From Euprymna scolopes (taxonomy: Eukaryota), in assembly GCA_053919585.1 (NCBI GenBank), contig CM132810.1: a stretch of DNA of 64,000 nt; one strand, written 5' to 3'. Positions 27,001-42,000 of this stretch are shown here, one piece after another (within the stretch, counting starts at the first letter, position 1; each line of letters opens with the position of its first letter). Made by a program: the position numbers and the translations under genes. The notes under the pieces were generated by a model that had not been told where the DNA came from, did not search any database, and saw only the letters and a program-made list of their open reading frames with translations.

Positions 27001-30000
27001 AAGGGGTGGGATTTTGCTGCTTGTCGGGTTTGTCGGGGATATTTACGTTGAGGGAGTACAAGTGCTTGCAGTTCGTCGGAGCATTCACCATTAAAGTACT
27101 TGTAGAACAGTTTTCCAGCAGGCAGGAAAGCAAGATTCATTAAGGCATTTGTTGTAAAGTTTGGAGAGAACTGGAGCTACTTCGGCGGAGCACTTTTTTA
27201 ATAGCCCAGCCGGGATGAGATCAGGTCCACATGCTTTTGAAGTATCAAGATTTTTTACGATAGCATGCACCTGGGAAGGAGTGATTTTCAGATCGTCTAG
27301 TGTGGCGTCTGTCCGAAAAGGAAATTCAGGGAGGGGGTGGTTAGCAGGGTCCAGTGTGGAGTTGGAGACAAACCGACTAGCAAGCATGTTAGCCTTCTCG
27401 GTTGCTGAGCAAACAACCTCATGATTATTGCCCAATTCAGCAATTATGACAGATAAATTGTTACCAGATTAATTTTTTTGTCATTTTTTTTATACAGTAA
27501 TAAATTTCTTATATTTGTTTTTCTTTTGTTTATATAGGATATTTATTATTGTTTTTATAAATTTTACTCAGTATTGCTGAGTCTTTACTTTCATTTTTGT
27601 TTTGCTTTTTTAATTTTTTTTAACTATGCATTTTTTTTTTTTTTTTGCTAAAGCATTTCTTTAAATAGAATTTTCAAAATGAAATGTAATTATTAATGTT
27701 GGGCCAGCATTATTTCCCTTGGATATAATATTTGGTTTTAATGTGAGAATATACTACGAGCGCATAAATCTATATACTCATTCTTCTATTTTGTGGAAAT
27801 TCATAAGTAAGACTTTGACTCTTCTTGGCACAATCATTAGACTGACTGGAGGTTGTTCAAACCAGCTCTACTTTTTAGTTGGTTTTCGAAACACTTAACA
27901 GTTTTGCCTGCTATATTTCTGATGTAGTTAAACAACTCTTGGACACTAGTCATCAAACAATAAGTGAATTTTCTGCATTGTTATTAAACAATTGTAATTC
28001 TTGTTTAGAATTAATTTTTCCTAGTTACTTCCATTTTTAGCTTCATGTCTTTTTGACCTCTTTTTAATGGTTGTCCCAAATTGTAAATAAACTAAATGTC
28101 ACGCCAACAAACAGTTTCCTTTTTTCTTTATGACATGCATGCAGTATTTGATGATACAAAAAAACTCGTGAACATGACTGATATATTTCATGCAAGTGTG
28201 CGACAAACGAAATGTTGAATATCAAATATTACCATTTTACAACAGAATCGTTCAATCATTTAATTATTTACTGAACCAAACTGTGATAAAACTAAACCTC
28301 ATTGTTGTTTAAAGTAATGTTGTTTAAATCTCCATAAAATTATTAGATATAGTTTCCAGAACTTTAAATACATGAGGAATTGTCAAGAATTTAAAAACCA
28401 GTTTAAATGATTTTCTATTCAACAGTTTAAGCGCTTCCAAATTCCCTTAAAATTTTGAAGGGTCAAATTTTTTTTTCAACTATTAACAAAAGACATGTTG
28501 ACAAATAGAAATGCATCATGATGGATTTAATAATGTAATTTTTTTTTTTAGATAAGATTTTTAAACAGTTGTTATTGGTACCTCCTGCTATTGCATTTTT
28601 GGTTTTAATAAGTGATGAATAATAAACAAACAAAAACAAAATTAACTTACAATTGAGAAACAAAGACACAAAAGTGGTCACACAATTTCATAACATTTTT
28701 TATATAATGAATTATTATACGTCTAGTGTGTTTGCATAACTAATGACTGAACACTATGTTACCTTGATCTGAATGCGTAATTGCTTCACTTCATCCTGGT
28801 AAGTGTTCACCTGTTGTAAGAGGCTACATTTCAGTTCAGCACTAGATTTCTCCCAACGTTTCAGTTCTTGCACCTCTTCTTCTAAACCCTACAAAATAAA
28901 GCCAAGTAAAAAACATTTGAAAAGAAAAAGAAACCAAAAAAAGCGTGCATCTTTCATTTTATAGCATATCAACCCTTTTCACATTATGTAATAACAAAAT
29001 CAGTCATTTTTCTAAAAATTTGTAAGTTCTTAATTAAGTAATACTATATATCAAAACTAACTTGGGTTTTAACTTTGCCAAAATTTATACTAGAATTGTC
29101 CATGTAGACCATAATCTCATAGTTAAGAGTTTGTTAACAATCAGTTCTAAGTGACAGCATTTTACAGTTTGAAGGTTTAATCCTTAATACAAGTGATAAG
29201 AAAAATTAATATTTTTACTTGATCATGACTGAAGAAATGAAAACAATCTACCTACAGTTTGGGAATTCCATCCAGATCCTAAAGTTCAACTAGAAGGTTA
29301 CTTCAACTGAAACGTTGTGAATATAACGACCAGGATTATAATAGAAGACTGAATAGTGTAAGTTGCTTGTTTGATTTTGTATATTTTTATTAATTTCTTT
29401 CTTTTTTTCACTTGTCATACTCTTTAATTTGTGCTCTGGCCTTTTAGGCAATTAGCACATTTCAGGTTTTTTTGTTTTTTTTTTACAATCTGTGTGTCAT
29501 TATTCCCATACCTTATGCATACTGAAAGGTATGTACATCGTTCTTGATAGTATTCATATTTTGGACAGTTGTAGAATCTGAGCGAGTTTGGTATGTAGGG
29601 TTTATTCATTTTTTTCATACCTTATTTTAATATTATTTGGGATTTGGTAGGTGTTAGGATGTAGGTGTTTGTATTTATGATTTTACCAGATCTTTTATTT
29701 TGGGTTCTTTTGATATCAATAACATTTTGGTTTTTAAAGTTTTTTTTCTTCTTTTTTACATAGGCATAAGCACTTATCAAGGCCCAGAGACCACTAGAGG
29801 ACAAGGGTTAAGAGTGTACAGTAGTCAATTGGACAATATAGTAATCGTTAGTAATGGAAATTCGGTAATTCGTTGACTTAAGTCGAACGGCTCATCAGGA
29901 ACTTGTTTGCATTGGACTTGAAGACAACCATATTGTAGTCAGCTGGAAAGCAGGAAAAAGGAACAGCTCCACAGGCATGCACTTCTAAGAAAGAAGCTTT

Positions 30001-33000
30001 GTTCATAGAATCTACGTTTAGATTTAGGCACAGATAAAGAGTGGAGGGAATTATTGATAGTGTTTTCAGCTAGACGAGTATTTGTGAAAATTTGGCGAGG
30101 GGGGACCACTCATTGAAGCTCAGTCGAACACTTTCCATGAAAATAACGATAAAGCAGAAACATACTTGCAACATCTCTTCTGTGAGAAGTTGCAGGGAAG
30201 AGAAAAGGACATCTCCTACGAGGCTACAAAGTCTATTTTAAACTCTATCAAGGCAGGACAAGTCCTTTCTAGCAGCTCCTACCCAGATGTGGCAACAGTA
30301 CTCCATCCTTCAGCGTACCTGGCTCTTATATAGATAGAGAATTGCATCAGCAGTGAGATATCTACTGGATCAATAGAAGGATTCCACCATTTTTCCAGCG
30401 GCCTTGGCAACAGATTTGATGTACGTGTTCCATTTAAGATCAGTCTCGATGGGCACAGGTATTATTCAGCACTTCTGATTACTCCTTTACTAGTATTCAG
30501 CATTTTGTAGGGGTAAACTTTGATTTTTTGGTTGTCAAAACGTCTCCATATGGAAACTTCTGCTGCTTGTCTTTGGTTTGTTACTTCTAGCAGTGTGCTG
30601 TGGGTCTGTTTTTTTTTACCATTTTAGGTTTGATATTTGGCAATATTTTATCTATTTTGAATAGATGTTATTGGTTCTGCTTTCGTTGTTTCTATTACTA
30701 TGAAGTTGGAAAGGTTTGATATTTGGCAATATTTTATCTATTTTGAATAGATGTTATTGGTTCTGCTTTGGTTGTTTCTATTACTATGAAGTTGGAAAGG
30801 TTTGATATTTGGCAATATTTTATCTATTTTGAATAGATGTTATTGGTTCTGCTTTGGTTGTTTCTATTACTATGAAGTTGGAAAGGTTTGATATTTGGCA
30901 ATATTTTATCTATTTTGAATAGATGTTATTGGTTCTGCTTTCGTTGTTTCTATTACTATGAAGTTGGAAAGGTTTGATATTTGGCAATATTTTATCTATT
31001 TTGAATAGATGTTATTGGTTCTGCTTTCGTTGTTTCTATTACTATGAAGTTGGAAAGGTTTGATATTTGGCAATATTTTATCTATTTTGAATAGATGTTA
31101 TTGGTTCTGCTTTGGTTGTTTCTATTACTATGAAGTTGGAAAGGTTTGCATTTTCTGTTTCCAGGTCTGAACTGGTGTTGTCTCAAACTTCAGAGTGATT
31201 TCAATTGTGAGGCTTTTTGTCTAACATTTATGTATGTCTATTTCAAACCTCCTGCACCCCACCTACCTTGGAGCCATATATGGGAAGTGTTGGGGGAGGG
31301 AGTACCCATTTGTCCAAACGCAACAGGGATAGAGGAGAAATATACTTGTCTTGCTGATGGATTCAAGCACCTGTATTTTTTCTAAAGGCCTTGTTTTTTT
31401 TTTTAGGAAAAATGTTGGTTTCTTAGCCATGTTGAGTTTACTATCCAGCAAGTTGATTGACCCTTCAGTCACTGCTTACTAAATCAATTTATCGTCTAAT
31501 GTAGGGAGTATGAGCATATATCATGTTTGTCTGATTTAGTGTTAGACATGATCAACCGATTGATTGAATCAGGCCTGTTCAACCACTTATCTAAGGGCCA
31601 AAGAGGTTTGTTGCTGCTCATTTCCTTATAATACCTTGAACATAATCTCTTCAACCATAAGGATCCCATCTTTCAGCATTACAGGTCGCCACCCACAACC
31701 AACAAGTGATCCGATTGAGAGACTTTTACGCTACAGAGACTTTTTACTAACAAGGCCTCAATTTTTTTTGTAGATATATATATTAGGTTGGTACAAAAAC
31801 AATATCGCTTTCTCACATGTTACGTTTATATGATTTCTGAATTAATTTATTGATATATATATATATATATATAGCCATGTTTATATATCATTTTTAAACG
31901 TGTTTTTCGCTCTATTGAATCATGTTATTCGTTACTGTTCTCAATTTCTTCACTCATCTTTTTGGCAGGCTTTTTGACAGCATGGGTAAAATTAAGATCC
32001 GCACGATTTTCTTGTTCCAGTTACAACTAGGCTGAAAAGCTGCAAAGACAGCCTGTGATATCAATGATGTATTTCGTCCAGGAACCACTAATGAATGTGT
32101 GGGACATTGGTGGTTCAAAAAATTTTGCAATGGTGACGAGAGCCTCGAAGATGAAGACAGTCGCGGCTGGCCAACTGCGGTTGATAACGAACATTTGAAA
32201 GCCTTAATTAAAGCCGATCCTCACAAAACCACACAAGAAGTTGCTGTTGAACTCTAGGTCGACCACTCAATCGTCATTTGCCATTTAAAGCAAATAGGGA
32301 AGTCAAAAAAGTTGGATAATTGAACAATAATCAAAAACATCATTATTTTTAGGTGTTTTCTACGCTCATGCGTAACAAAAACAACCCATTTCTCGAGCAG
32401 ATTGTGACATGTGATAATAAGTGGATCTTCTACGACAACTGGTGACGTTCAACACAGTGGTTTGATGCAGGAAAAGCTCCACATTTCCCAAAGCCAAAAT
32501 TGCACCAAAAAAGGTTATGATAACTGTTTGGTAGTCTGTGACCGGTCTCATCCATCACATCTTGAATTTGGGCAAAACGATTATGGCAGAGAAGTGCTGC
32601 CGACAAATTGACGAAATGCATCAGAACCTCCAACATATGCGCTTGAGATTGGTCAATATGAAGGGACCAATTCTCTATGACAACACTCGCCCACATGTTA
32701 CTCAACTGGCCCTACAGAAGTTGAATGAATTGGGCGACAAGACTGTCTCATCCGCCATATTCACTGGACCTCTTGCCCACCGATTATCACTTTTTCAAGC
32801 ATCTCAACATCTTCCTGCGCAAAAAATGCTTCAAAAGCCGAGATGATGCCGAATCGGCCTTCAATGACTTCATTGTTTCCAGAACTCCGGATTTCTATAC
32901 TAATGGGATAAATAAACTTATTTCTTGTTGGCAAAAATGTGTCGATTCTAATGGTTCTTATTTTGATTAATAAAGGATTCAAATGGTTCTTATTTCAATT

Positions 33001-36000
33001 AATAAAGTTTATTATGAAAGAAGTTATGATCTTTTGAAGTTGAACGTCAAAAAATGACATTTTAGCACCAACTTAAATAATTTGCAAACAATGAATCATT
33101 TATCCCATAAATTGGACCCTGACAAGTAATACCACTTCGAGTCAGAGTGGATTTCACAAGGCTACACCATCTAACGTAGTTCAAGGATCAAAAAAATAGG
33201 TGTGAGTTGTTGAAAAGGTAGTTTCAAACAATGAATTAAGTCTGGCGCAAGGCAGAAACATTTGGAGCACTGGTCAAAATTAAAACTTACTCTTCCGATG
33301 TAGTTTGATGACTATGTTGGCAATTGTCAAATAATGCCAAGCTCTTGAATGACATATACGATCTATGCATTCATATAAGGATTATTATAGCAAGTGGAGA
33401 GTGATGGACACCCAACTTCTTTAAATAGTTGATCTAAGTAAGGTCTTCATGGATTCCTCCAGGAAAATATATAAGAATTATTTATTTTCATTTTTTGATC
33501 TTCTCTAATGCTGAGATTAGATGTTGGTCAATAAAGCATTTCAATCTGTTTAAAGATTGACTTTCCCCAAACAGATTGTAGATAACGTGGTTTTTGTTTG
33601 ATTAAGCATTATGTCATACAGCAAAGTTGTTACACTTTAAAGCATTATTTCTGTTTTTCTTTTTTCTCAGTTTGTTGCCCATGCATATTGCTTTTGTGTG
33701 GAAGCCATCTAGTTACCTATAAAAGTGAGAATGTGTCTGTAAGGGCACTTCTCAACCTATATACTCAACAAATTTTTGACCTGCAGACTTAAAATTTGGT
33801 ATGTAGAGTATTCAGACATGTGGAAAACTTTTTAATTGGTTTTCATCCAGAAAAAAGGGCTGTTAAGGAGTCAAAATTGATAATTGGTACTTGGAAATCA
33901 TCGAATTTTGATGTTTGTTAACTGTTTTACAAATGCGCATGACAGCTTCTTCATGTTAAGAATAAGCTGGTTTAAAAACACTTTGTGAAGATCATGCCAA
34001 GCTGGTCTAATGGTTCTTATTTGGATTAATAAAGGATTCAAATTCACTGTCTTTAGGTTTTGGTTTCGATCTCAGCTAGAGTTTTTTTTTTTTTTTTACT
34101 TATAAAAAGTGTACTGTTAAAAACAAAAACAGTCACATGTTTCAGTTTGTGTATTAATCAAAATATATTTATGTGTATTTTACAACTGTGAAATGCCGAG
34201 AGACCTACTAGTATGTAAATATATGTGTGTGTTTTCTGATTATACAGAACATTATTTTCTGCATAAAATTCTTTTTTTTTATTAACAAATTAGCTGTAAC
34301 TACAGAGGAGTCCAACTGTTTCACCCCCCCTTTTTTTTATAACTAGGACATTTTTCTAAACCAATTTTCTTTTATAAATTTTTAAAGATAATTATAATTA
34401 TTACTTAGACAAACTTATAAAACTGCAATTGTTATCAAAGCAATATTTTAATCTCTAAATTTTTTGGATGTAAATAGCTTCAAAAACATTGAATATTTTA
34501 ATACATGAGAATTCGCTAAAAATTTTAAAGCCAGAAATGATTTCACAATCTAAAAGTTTCAAATTTCTTTCAAATTTTGAAGGTGATAAATTCATTCATT
34601 CCTTTTTCTTTCACTAATGAAAAAATAAAATGGCGTCATTGTTTACAAAGAAACTAAAATGCATTATGATAGATATAATTTCCTAATTTGTTTAATCAAA
34701 TTTGTTTTCAGTACTTTGTTATTGGATTTTATATTTCAATAAATATTCAAATAGACAAAAATAATGTGAAGTCACATAGGAAGAGAAACAGAGACATAGA
34801 AAAAGTGATTACACAATTGTTTTAATACGATAAATATAGACTGCTCGTATTATTTGGATTCATTGGTTTACTGTTCTCATCTTTAGTGTCATTTTCACAA
34901 CGTTTTGGTTAATGTATCCTCTTTACTGTTTCTGTCAAACTCAAGAATTTGAATGGAATTTTAAACGGAACCCTTTATTGATTTCAGAGGTAGCATGCTC
35001 TTGTTCCGTTAGCCAGGACTAGATAGAGGTCCTAAATAATTTGCAATTGTTTTTTTTGGTCGCCCACACGTGACGTAAATAATGAGTTCCATTCGAAATG
35101 CTGTCCAAATACCCGAGTTTGACGGAAACAGTACAAAGTTCAATAAGATACACCTGAAGAAGGTCTAAGGTTACAATGACCGAAACATGAAAATGACACT
35201 CAAGATGAGAACAGTAGTTCGATAAATCCAAATAATGTGAACAATCAATCCTCACCTCAAAAATTTAGAAATAAAATATAGACTATCTTTTCAGGAAATA
35301 TTACAATATTTTCTTTTAGTGTAAATTTTGTATTTTTTCTTCCTAATTTCTAATACGACAACACAATGTGTTTACCTTTATCCTCGATTGCAAAGATGAT
35401 TCTTCTTCTCTCCATGCCTTTTCTTGATCATCAGATTTATCAAGCAGACTCTGATGAAAAAAGGAAAAAAAATATTCAATATCTAAAACAAGAATTTTTA
35501 AGTGTAATATTTCTTTTCTTCAATCTTCTTTCTATATAATAAAGTTGTAGTTTCCATCTGATTGTGAATTCCTCTTAGGCTTTTGGATGTAAACCACCAC
35601 AACCATATATATTCTTACACTACACGACTCAAGGTACTTGGATAAATATACAGTAGCACCAAAAAGAAAATCCACACTTGTCATTTTTTCAAAAACCGCA
35701 AATTTAAGCTAACTTGAATGTAACTGTTTAAACAAACTATACTTCATTTGATTCGCCTTTTATTCCTTTATAATTTTACCTGTTCATATTTGACTAATGT
35801 TCACGCCAATTTAAAAAATTGACTTCAAATTGAGAAGGCAAAAAAGAAACTTCACACAACTGAAAATTGTTATTTAAATGTAACTTTAGAACATTAATGC
35901 AACACAAATATAACAGGAACACAATGAACTAGTTATTATTTAGTAGCATAGCTCTTCTGTAATTTGACAGCCTGCAATCTTTTGGGCATTCTTTGAATTA

Positions 36001-39000
36001 GTCGACGGCAATACTCAATTGAAAGAACATCTCATTTCTCTTTAATTTTTGTCCAAAGTTCTTCCAGATTTGAAATGTTATCATTGTGTAGCTGTGCTTG
36101 ATGTAATGCGTTTTTGATAGGACTGAGGTCTGGAGATTATGAAGGCTAATGCAAACATAGAATATCATACTCTTCAAGGAACCACTGGACATTGCCAGTT
36201 GTGGGAATGGCAGCATTATCCTGCATGAAGATGGGATTATCATCGAAATTCCAGCAAAAGTAGGATAGAAAATGCTTAGTCAACATATTAATGTACTTAG
36301 TCAAATTAATTCGACTTTGCAAGCGAACTATAGGCCCTGGATCATTGACACTAATAACACCCCACACCAAAACTGAACCTCCACCACCTTGCAGTGTTGA
36401 AACCTAGGATTAAATTCTTCATCCTTCCTTCAATGGACGTACTGTCTACCATCATTGCGTAGCCTATTGAACTTGCTTTATGTAGCTAAAAATCATTTTC
36501 GACCAATATGATCTTCATTGCATCTGACAAAGTCCAGATGGTGCTTTCTGTTCTTTACAGAAATCATTGGCTTGCAACACAGCATCGCAAATTAAATTTA
36601 TTGAATTTGTTCTTAACTGTAGAAACAGTGCACTTTTTAACAAGATTACACTATTATTGGATTTGGGGAGCCGTTTCAAATTTGTTTCTGAGGCTGTGGA
36701 TCTTGATAACATTGTCTTCCCTGTAAGAAAGAAGTAACTCTAGGACGATCGGATTTAGAGGCATCATGAACACTGCCTGTGTTTTGGTGCTTTTGCACAG
36801 TCATTTGTACCATTTTCTCATCACATTTTAATCTGCGGTCGATTTCTCGATTGGATAAACCAAAAAGGTTGAGATTAATGAGCTGACGATCACTAAAAGA
36901 AGGTCAAGGCATATGAACTAAATGTTACGTTGTGTAACCTGGAACAACAATAATTACGATTAGATGCTTTGTTGCCTAAAAAGTGGATATTTTAAGCTGG
37001 TTTTAAGCTCATTTGTTGCTGCAAAATTTCTTTTTGTTTTCTCAATTTGAAGTTAATTTTTTTAAATTGACGTGAACACTAGGATACTTTAATTAAAAGT
37101 CAAATATGAACAGGTAAAGTTATAGAGGAATAAAAGGCGAATCAAATGAGTTATAGGTTGTTTAAACAGTTACATTCAATTTAGCTTAAATTTGTGGTTT
37201 TTGAAAAGATGACAAGTGCGGACTTTTTTTTTGGTGCTACAGTATTTCATTTTGATCAAAGAAGGTTAAAATAATATTGTAGTGTTTACATTTATGCTGG
37301 ACAGCTACAAAAAGGAAATACAATATTTTGCTTTATATTATTCATGAGCTATAAGATATAGAAATTAGATGTAAATAACAATGAAAAATAAACAAAAAAA
37401 GTATAAATAAAAATAAACATTGAAACAACATAACCTAGAATCATTGTACATTTCGACTGTAAATAAATGGTAACAACTGTTTTTGTTGACCCAAAATTTC
37501 TTTTATGGTTTTTGTTGACCCCAAATTAATTGTAATTGGAAATTTTTTTTAGCCTAATTTCGAATTCAAAAAACGATTTTTTAAAACTTTTTTAAACTTT
37601 ATTTTCCATTACTAGTAATACTGATAAAATGATAAATATTTATTGATTTTAAATTACCAGTAAAACAAAAATCTATACATAACAAATATAGGCACATTTA
37701 AAATGGTATGAGTAGGTAAATAAACTAAAATGACATAAGAGAAAACTACAGAATAAAATCTCATAATCTTATCAAAATCTTGGACACAATACATAAAGGA
37801 AAAAGATTAAAAAGTTTGTCAAATTAAAAAGAAAATTATATTTAAATCTAAAAAAAATAAGAAAAAAATAAAGAGATTTTACTATCTTTAGATTTAAAAT
37901 CAAAATACTCATGATTAACAATAGTAAAAAATAGTGTACAAAAATTTATGGTTGAGCTTAAAACAAAGAACTGTTGGGGATATTTTGTTAAATAGAACGT
38001 CATGGAAAAGAAGATTCTTGATATTTGCATTTTATTTGTAACCGAGAACCAACTTTTGAAAGTACTTTTTATTAGCGAATAATTGCAGATAAGCATAGTG
38101 ATTAATATGAACGCAGTCAAGTCGAAGGACGAGGATTTATGACTGGTTAGTCACTCCTATTTTCACATTAAAATTACCAATCAAAGAGCAGATAAAATAT
38201 AAAAATTACTGAAATCAAATAAAACTAAAATTATTGATGGAAATATAAACCAACAAGCAACTTAAATATATGCAAAGTAAAATTTTACATATAGCTTTGT
38301 TTACAGAGCTATACCAGTCAAAGAAATTGGGAATATATAACAAAAAAGTTGTGAATTACCTTGATCATGTTCTGCTGCTGTTGTATTTTCTCTTTGTTCA
38401 GAGCCAATTGGTCTCTGAGGGAATCTGAAGTATCAGTCAGCAATTTTTCACTAGACTTTTTACGCTGTATTTTTGGAAAGGAAAAGCCAGAATTAGAGAG
38501 AATAAACAAAAGGTTGATTGGTGATATGAAACTGTAGGCACAAAACAATAAATGACAACACTGTTTCAATTGGGGGGGGGGTCATTTACAGCACAGACTC
38601 TTTTGGGGTTATTGATTATCAAAACGGAAGAAATTTTTTTATAAATGGATTGATTTGTATACATTTAATTGAATAGTTGATATTTCACCTATAAAGAAAG
38701 GGAGAGGAATTGGTTCATAAATAACCACTGGAATTTGAATTCAGCATAGCTGAACCTATTATGTCACCAGCTGGTGACCCCCCCCCCCAAGCATCTCAAA
38801 AAGAGAAGGAATTTACAAATTAAGAAAAGCAAATAAAATAAATGATTGCTCAAATAAATCTGAATACAGCCAAGTTGAACCAAACTCTTGTTCAAGATAC
38901 AGAAATAATAAATATTTTTCTCTTGCAGAAATGTTTATTTTTACTCAAGTGGAAGTGAAGATGTCTGGAGTCATCATTTAATTAAATTTCTTCAGAAGAT

Positions 39001-42000
39001 TGTTAGGATTGAAGTTGAGTTAAGATATGAGCCTCACAGAAATGCTATCAGTTTGTCTCATTGGTGGGAGGGAGAGGGAGTAATGAAGCTGATAAGGGCA
39101 ATAATGACTGTGCACGACTAGTTTGTTATTTAAAAAAAAAATTTCTTTTCAATATTTTATTCATATGGTCATGTTCAAAGAGTGGTGTGAGTATGTTTAA
39201 GGACATTTCCACCTCTTGTGGTCATTTAATGTCAAGAAAAAGTTTTTGTTTTTTTTATTGTTTAAGGATATGGGGTTTTATAACTCTTTGTCTCATTTGT
39301 TATATTTTGTTGATGCGATTAGTATGTTTTAGGAAATTTATTATAGAATGAAGGATTAAATGTTTGGGTTGGTAGAGGAAAATTGTTGTTTTTGTTTTTG
39401 GCTTTATAGAACATGATTGAGTTTTGCAAAGGGAAATGAGGAGTTTGGTTTTACTTTAATCGCAGTGGATCATTCTATGCCAGATATGGTTTGCACACAC
39501 ACACACATATATATATATTTTACTTGCATTTACTCCTAACAAAGCATATTGCCACTAGGATGCAAGGGTCTATTGCCTAGAAAAGATTAAGAAGATGTTG
39601 GTTTACGTTACATTTGAACTTTTGCATATCAGCACAGTAAGGGAAGCAGATAGCAGAAAGGGAATTCCAAAGTGTAGCTGTTCTAGGGAAGAAACTATTA
39701 GAGTAGAAAGCTTTCTGGTATTTAGGGACCTAAACAGTGAAGGGGTGTGATTTTGTTGCTAAGTGAGTTTGTTGGGGATATGTATGTCGAGCGGGCACAA
39801 GTGCAACGAGTTCATCAGAGCAGATGCCATTAAAATACTTGTAAAACAGGCACAGAGATGCACCATTGATAAAGCAGGACCTATTAGATTGAAGACTCTT
39901 TTTTGAACCCTATCAAACGGAGAAACTAATAGTAGATGCACCAGTCCAGATGAGGCAACAATACTCCATGCATGGGCGAATGGTGGCTTTGTAGAGGTAC
40001 AGGATACTCGCAGGAGTGAGTAATCTTCTAGCACTATAAAGGGAGCCCACCTTCCTTGCAGCAGCCTTCGCAATGTCCTTAATGTATATGTTCCAGTTAA
40101 TATTTCCTGTGAATGTTAAGCCAAGAAGTTTGAAGGAAGAATTCTCAGGTAGGGTGTTATTTGTCATGGATATCGGTGGTTGGAGAGGCTTCTTGTAATT
40201 GTTAAAGGAGAGCAGCTTAGTCTTACTAGCATTAAATTTTACCATCCATTTATGGCCTCATTTCACTATGGTCTGGAGGTCATTTTCTAAGGATTCTGCC
40301 ATTGTCTTAGATTTGTGTACATCTGTTCTTAAAACAAATGGTTTGTTGAGCAATTCCATTGTATTATATTTTGTTTTTTTCCGTTTCCATTTGACCCATG
40401 ATTTAGCGTCAGTTCTTCTGTTCTATAAGATTTGTTTGTTGTATTATGGTTTTCTTCTAATTCCATTTTTTTCTATTATGGTCTATCTGTTGCATAACTC
40501 CTATGTTACATTCATAACTTTTGTTTGTTTCTGGATTGGGATGTGGCTTGTCGTGACATAGAGATTTGGGTGAAGGCTGGTTATACTGGGTTTTGTCCGT
40601 GTAGTTTCCATACAGCAAGATTGTTGGGTTTTTTCAAGATCTTTATGGTCTTTATTTCAAAGGGATTCAGGTATTTTGTGATATTTTTCTACCAGAGAGC
40701 CTTGTGATGGTGTTAATTGTTTTTCTTGATTATCTTGTTGTCTAAATATGCTTTAAAGCTGAAGATTGTTTAGATTGTTGTGTGACTATCTGTATTTGTT
40801 TTATGAAGGTTAGGAGTTCTTTTGGATTTATGTTTGCTAGTTTTCTATGAAGAGGTTACATTTTCGGCATTCAGAATTGGAAGTGGTTTGCAATGGTCGA
40901 ATTACTCGAGTAAAAACAGGCTGGATGGGTATTCTTGGCAATTTTCCGGACTTCTGGGAAGTAGATGTTCTGAGTATATTTAATTTTCATTACCTTTTTT
41001 TCTTTCTTCCATTCTTCAGTCAATCGAACATTCTCCTTGACGGTTTACATATTTTAGTCATTGACAAGTGGCTTCCTAATGGTCAGATCTGTTCATTCTA
41101 CAAATTTTATATAATTTACTTCTGGTACACCAGTTCTTGTGGTACTCAAACTTCTAGCAATTATAACATCCAAGTGGATTAGGGATATGGGTACTCACTT
41201 TTGTTATTATCTAACCAATCTTAATTTTTGTTAGAAGTTTGGGAGAGTTAAACGAGAGGATGTATGTATTGGTGCTGAGTTCTTGACTGTTTTTCTTTAT
41301 AGTAATCCTTTTTACACTTGTTACAAGTTGTTTTTAAATTTTAGTTTTATTTTGTCTATTGTTCAATTATCTAGTTCTGGGTTTCTCATCACCCCTTTGA
41401 AGTGTTGAGATTTATGAGGATAAACTCTTATTTTTATATTGTGTAGTAAGGTGGTTCTTAAGAAAACTTCAGTGTACTTTTTGTGTTTATTTCTACTATC
41501 AAGGTATTGTTACATGTTGGTTTGATTGATTTTGGAACCATGTTTGCTGTGAGATATTATGAAGGGTGCGAGTTTGGTAACAAGTTTGTTATCCACCAAC
41601 TCAAGAACTATTGTTAGAGAGTGGTGAAGCAAAAGATGTAAATTGTCTGTCTATCTGTGTATCTATATGTATTTGTATATCTATGTATCTATTTAGCAAT
41701 GAGTGAACAACAGAGATTTTAAGTCGTATTTTGACAGGTTGTCAAACATGTTAAACTGTGACCTGGTCAAGTTTGCATCGGAAAGTATCCGAACAGGTGA
41801 CTGGAAGTGACGTGTTACATGCCACATGTTCCGGTTTGCACAAGCATTGTGTAGTTGGATTTGAGATGTCAAGAGGGACAGACGGTTCATATGCGTCTCC
41901 CCATGAGGGGAGAGATTTTCAGAATGAAAACGTAGAAGAACCACCCCAAACCAAAGTTCGTTAGTCACTCCATTTCTGCTATGACGAATACCTGGGAGTG

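Larger units (their letters stand above)
29385..31560 (-). mobile_element. Decayed Nimb/I-group LINE 5' UTR and ORF1, interrupted by a CR1 copy and a minisatellite
   Basis: PYIPNSLRFYNCPKY...LKCANC zinc-knuckle remnants; NTNTYILT motif. Confidence 0.6.

Noticed and set aside
30626-31148. CRISPR-like array
   Set aside because: Head-to-tail identical units with no unique spacers, in eukaryotic DNA.
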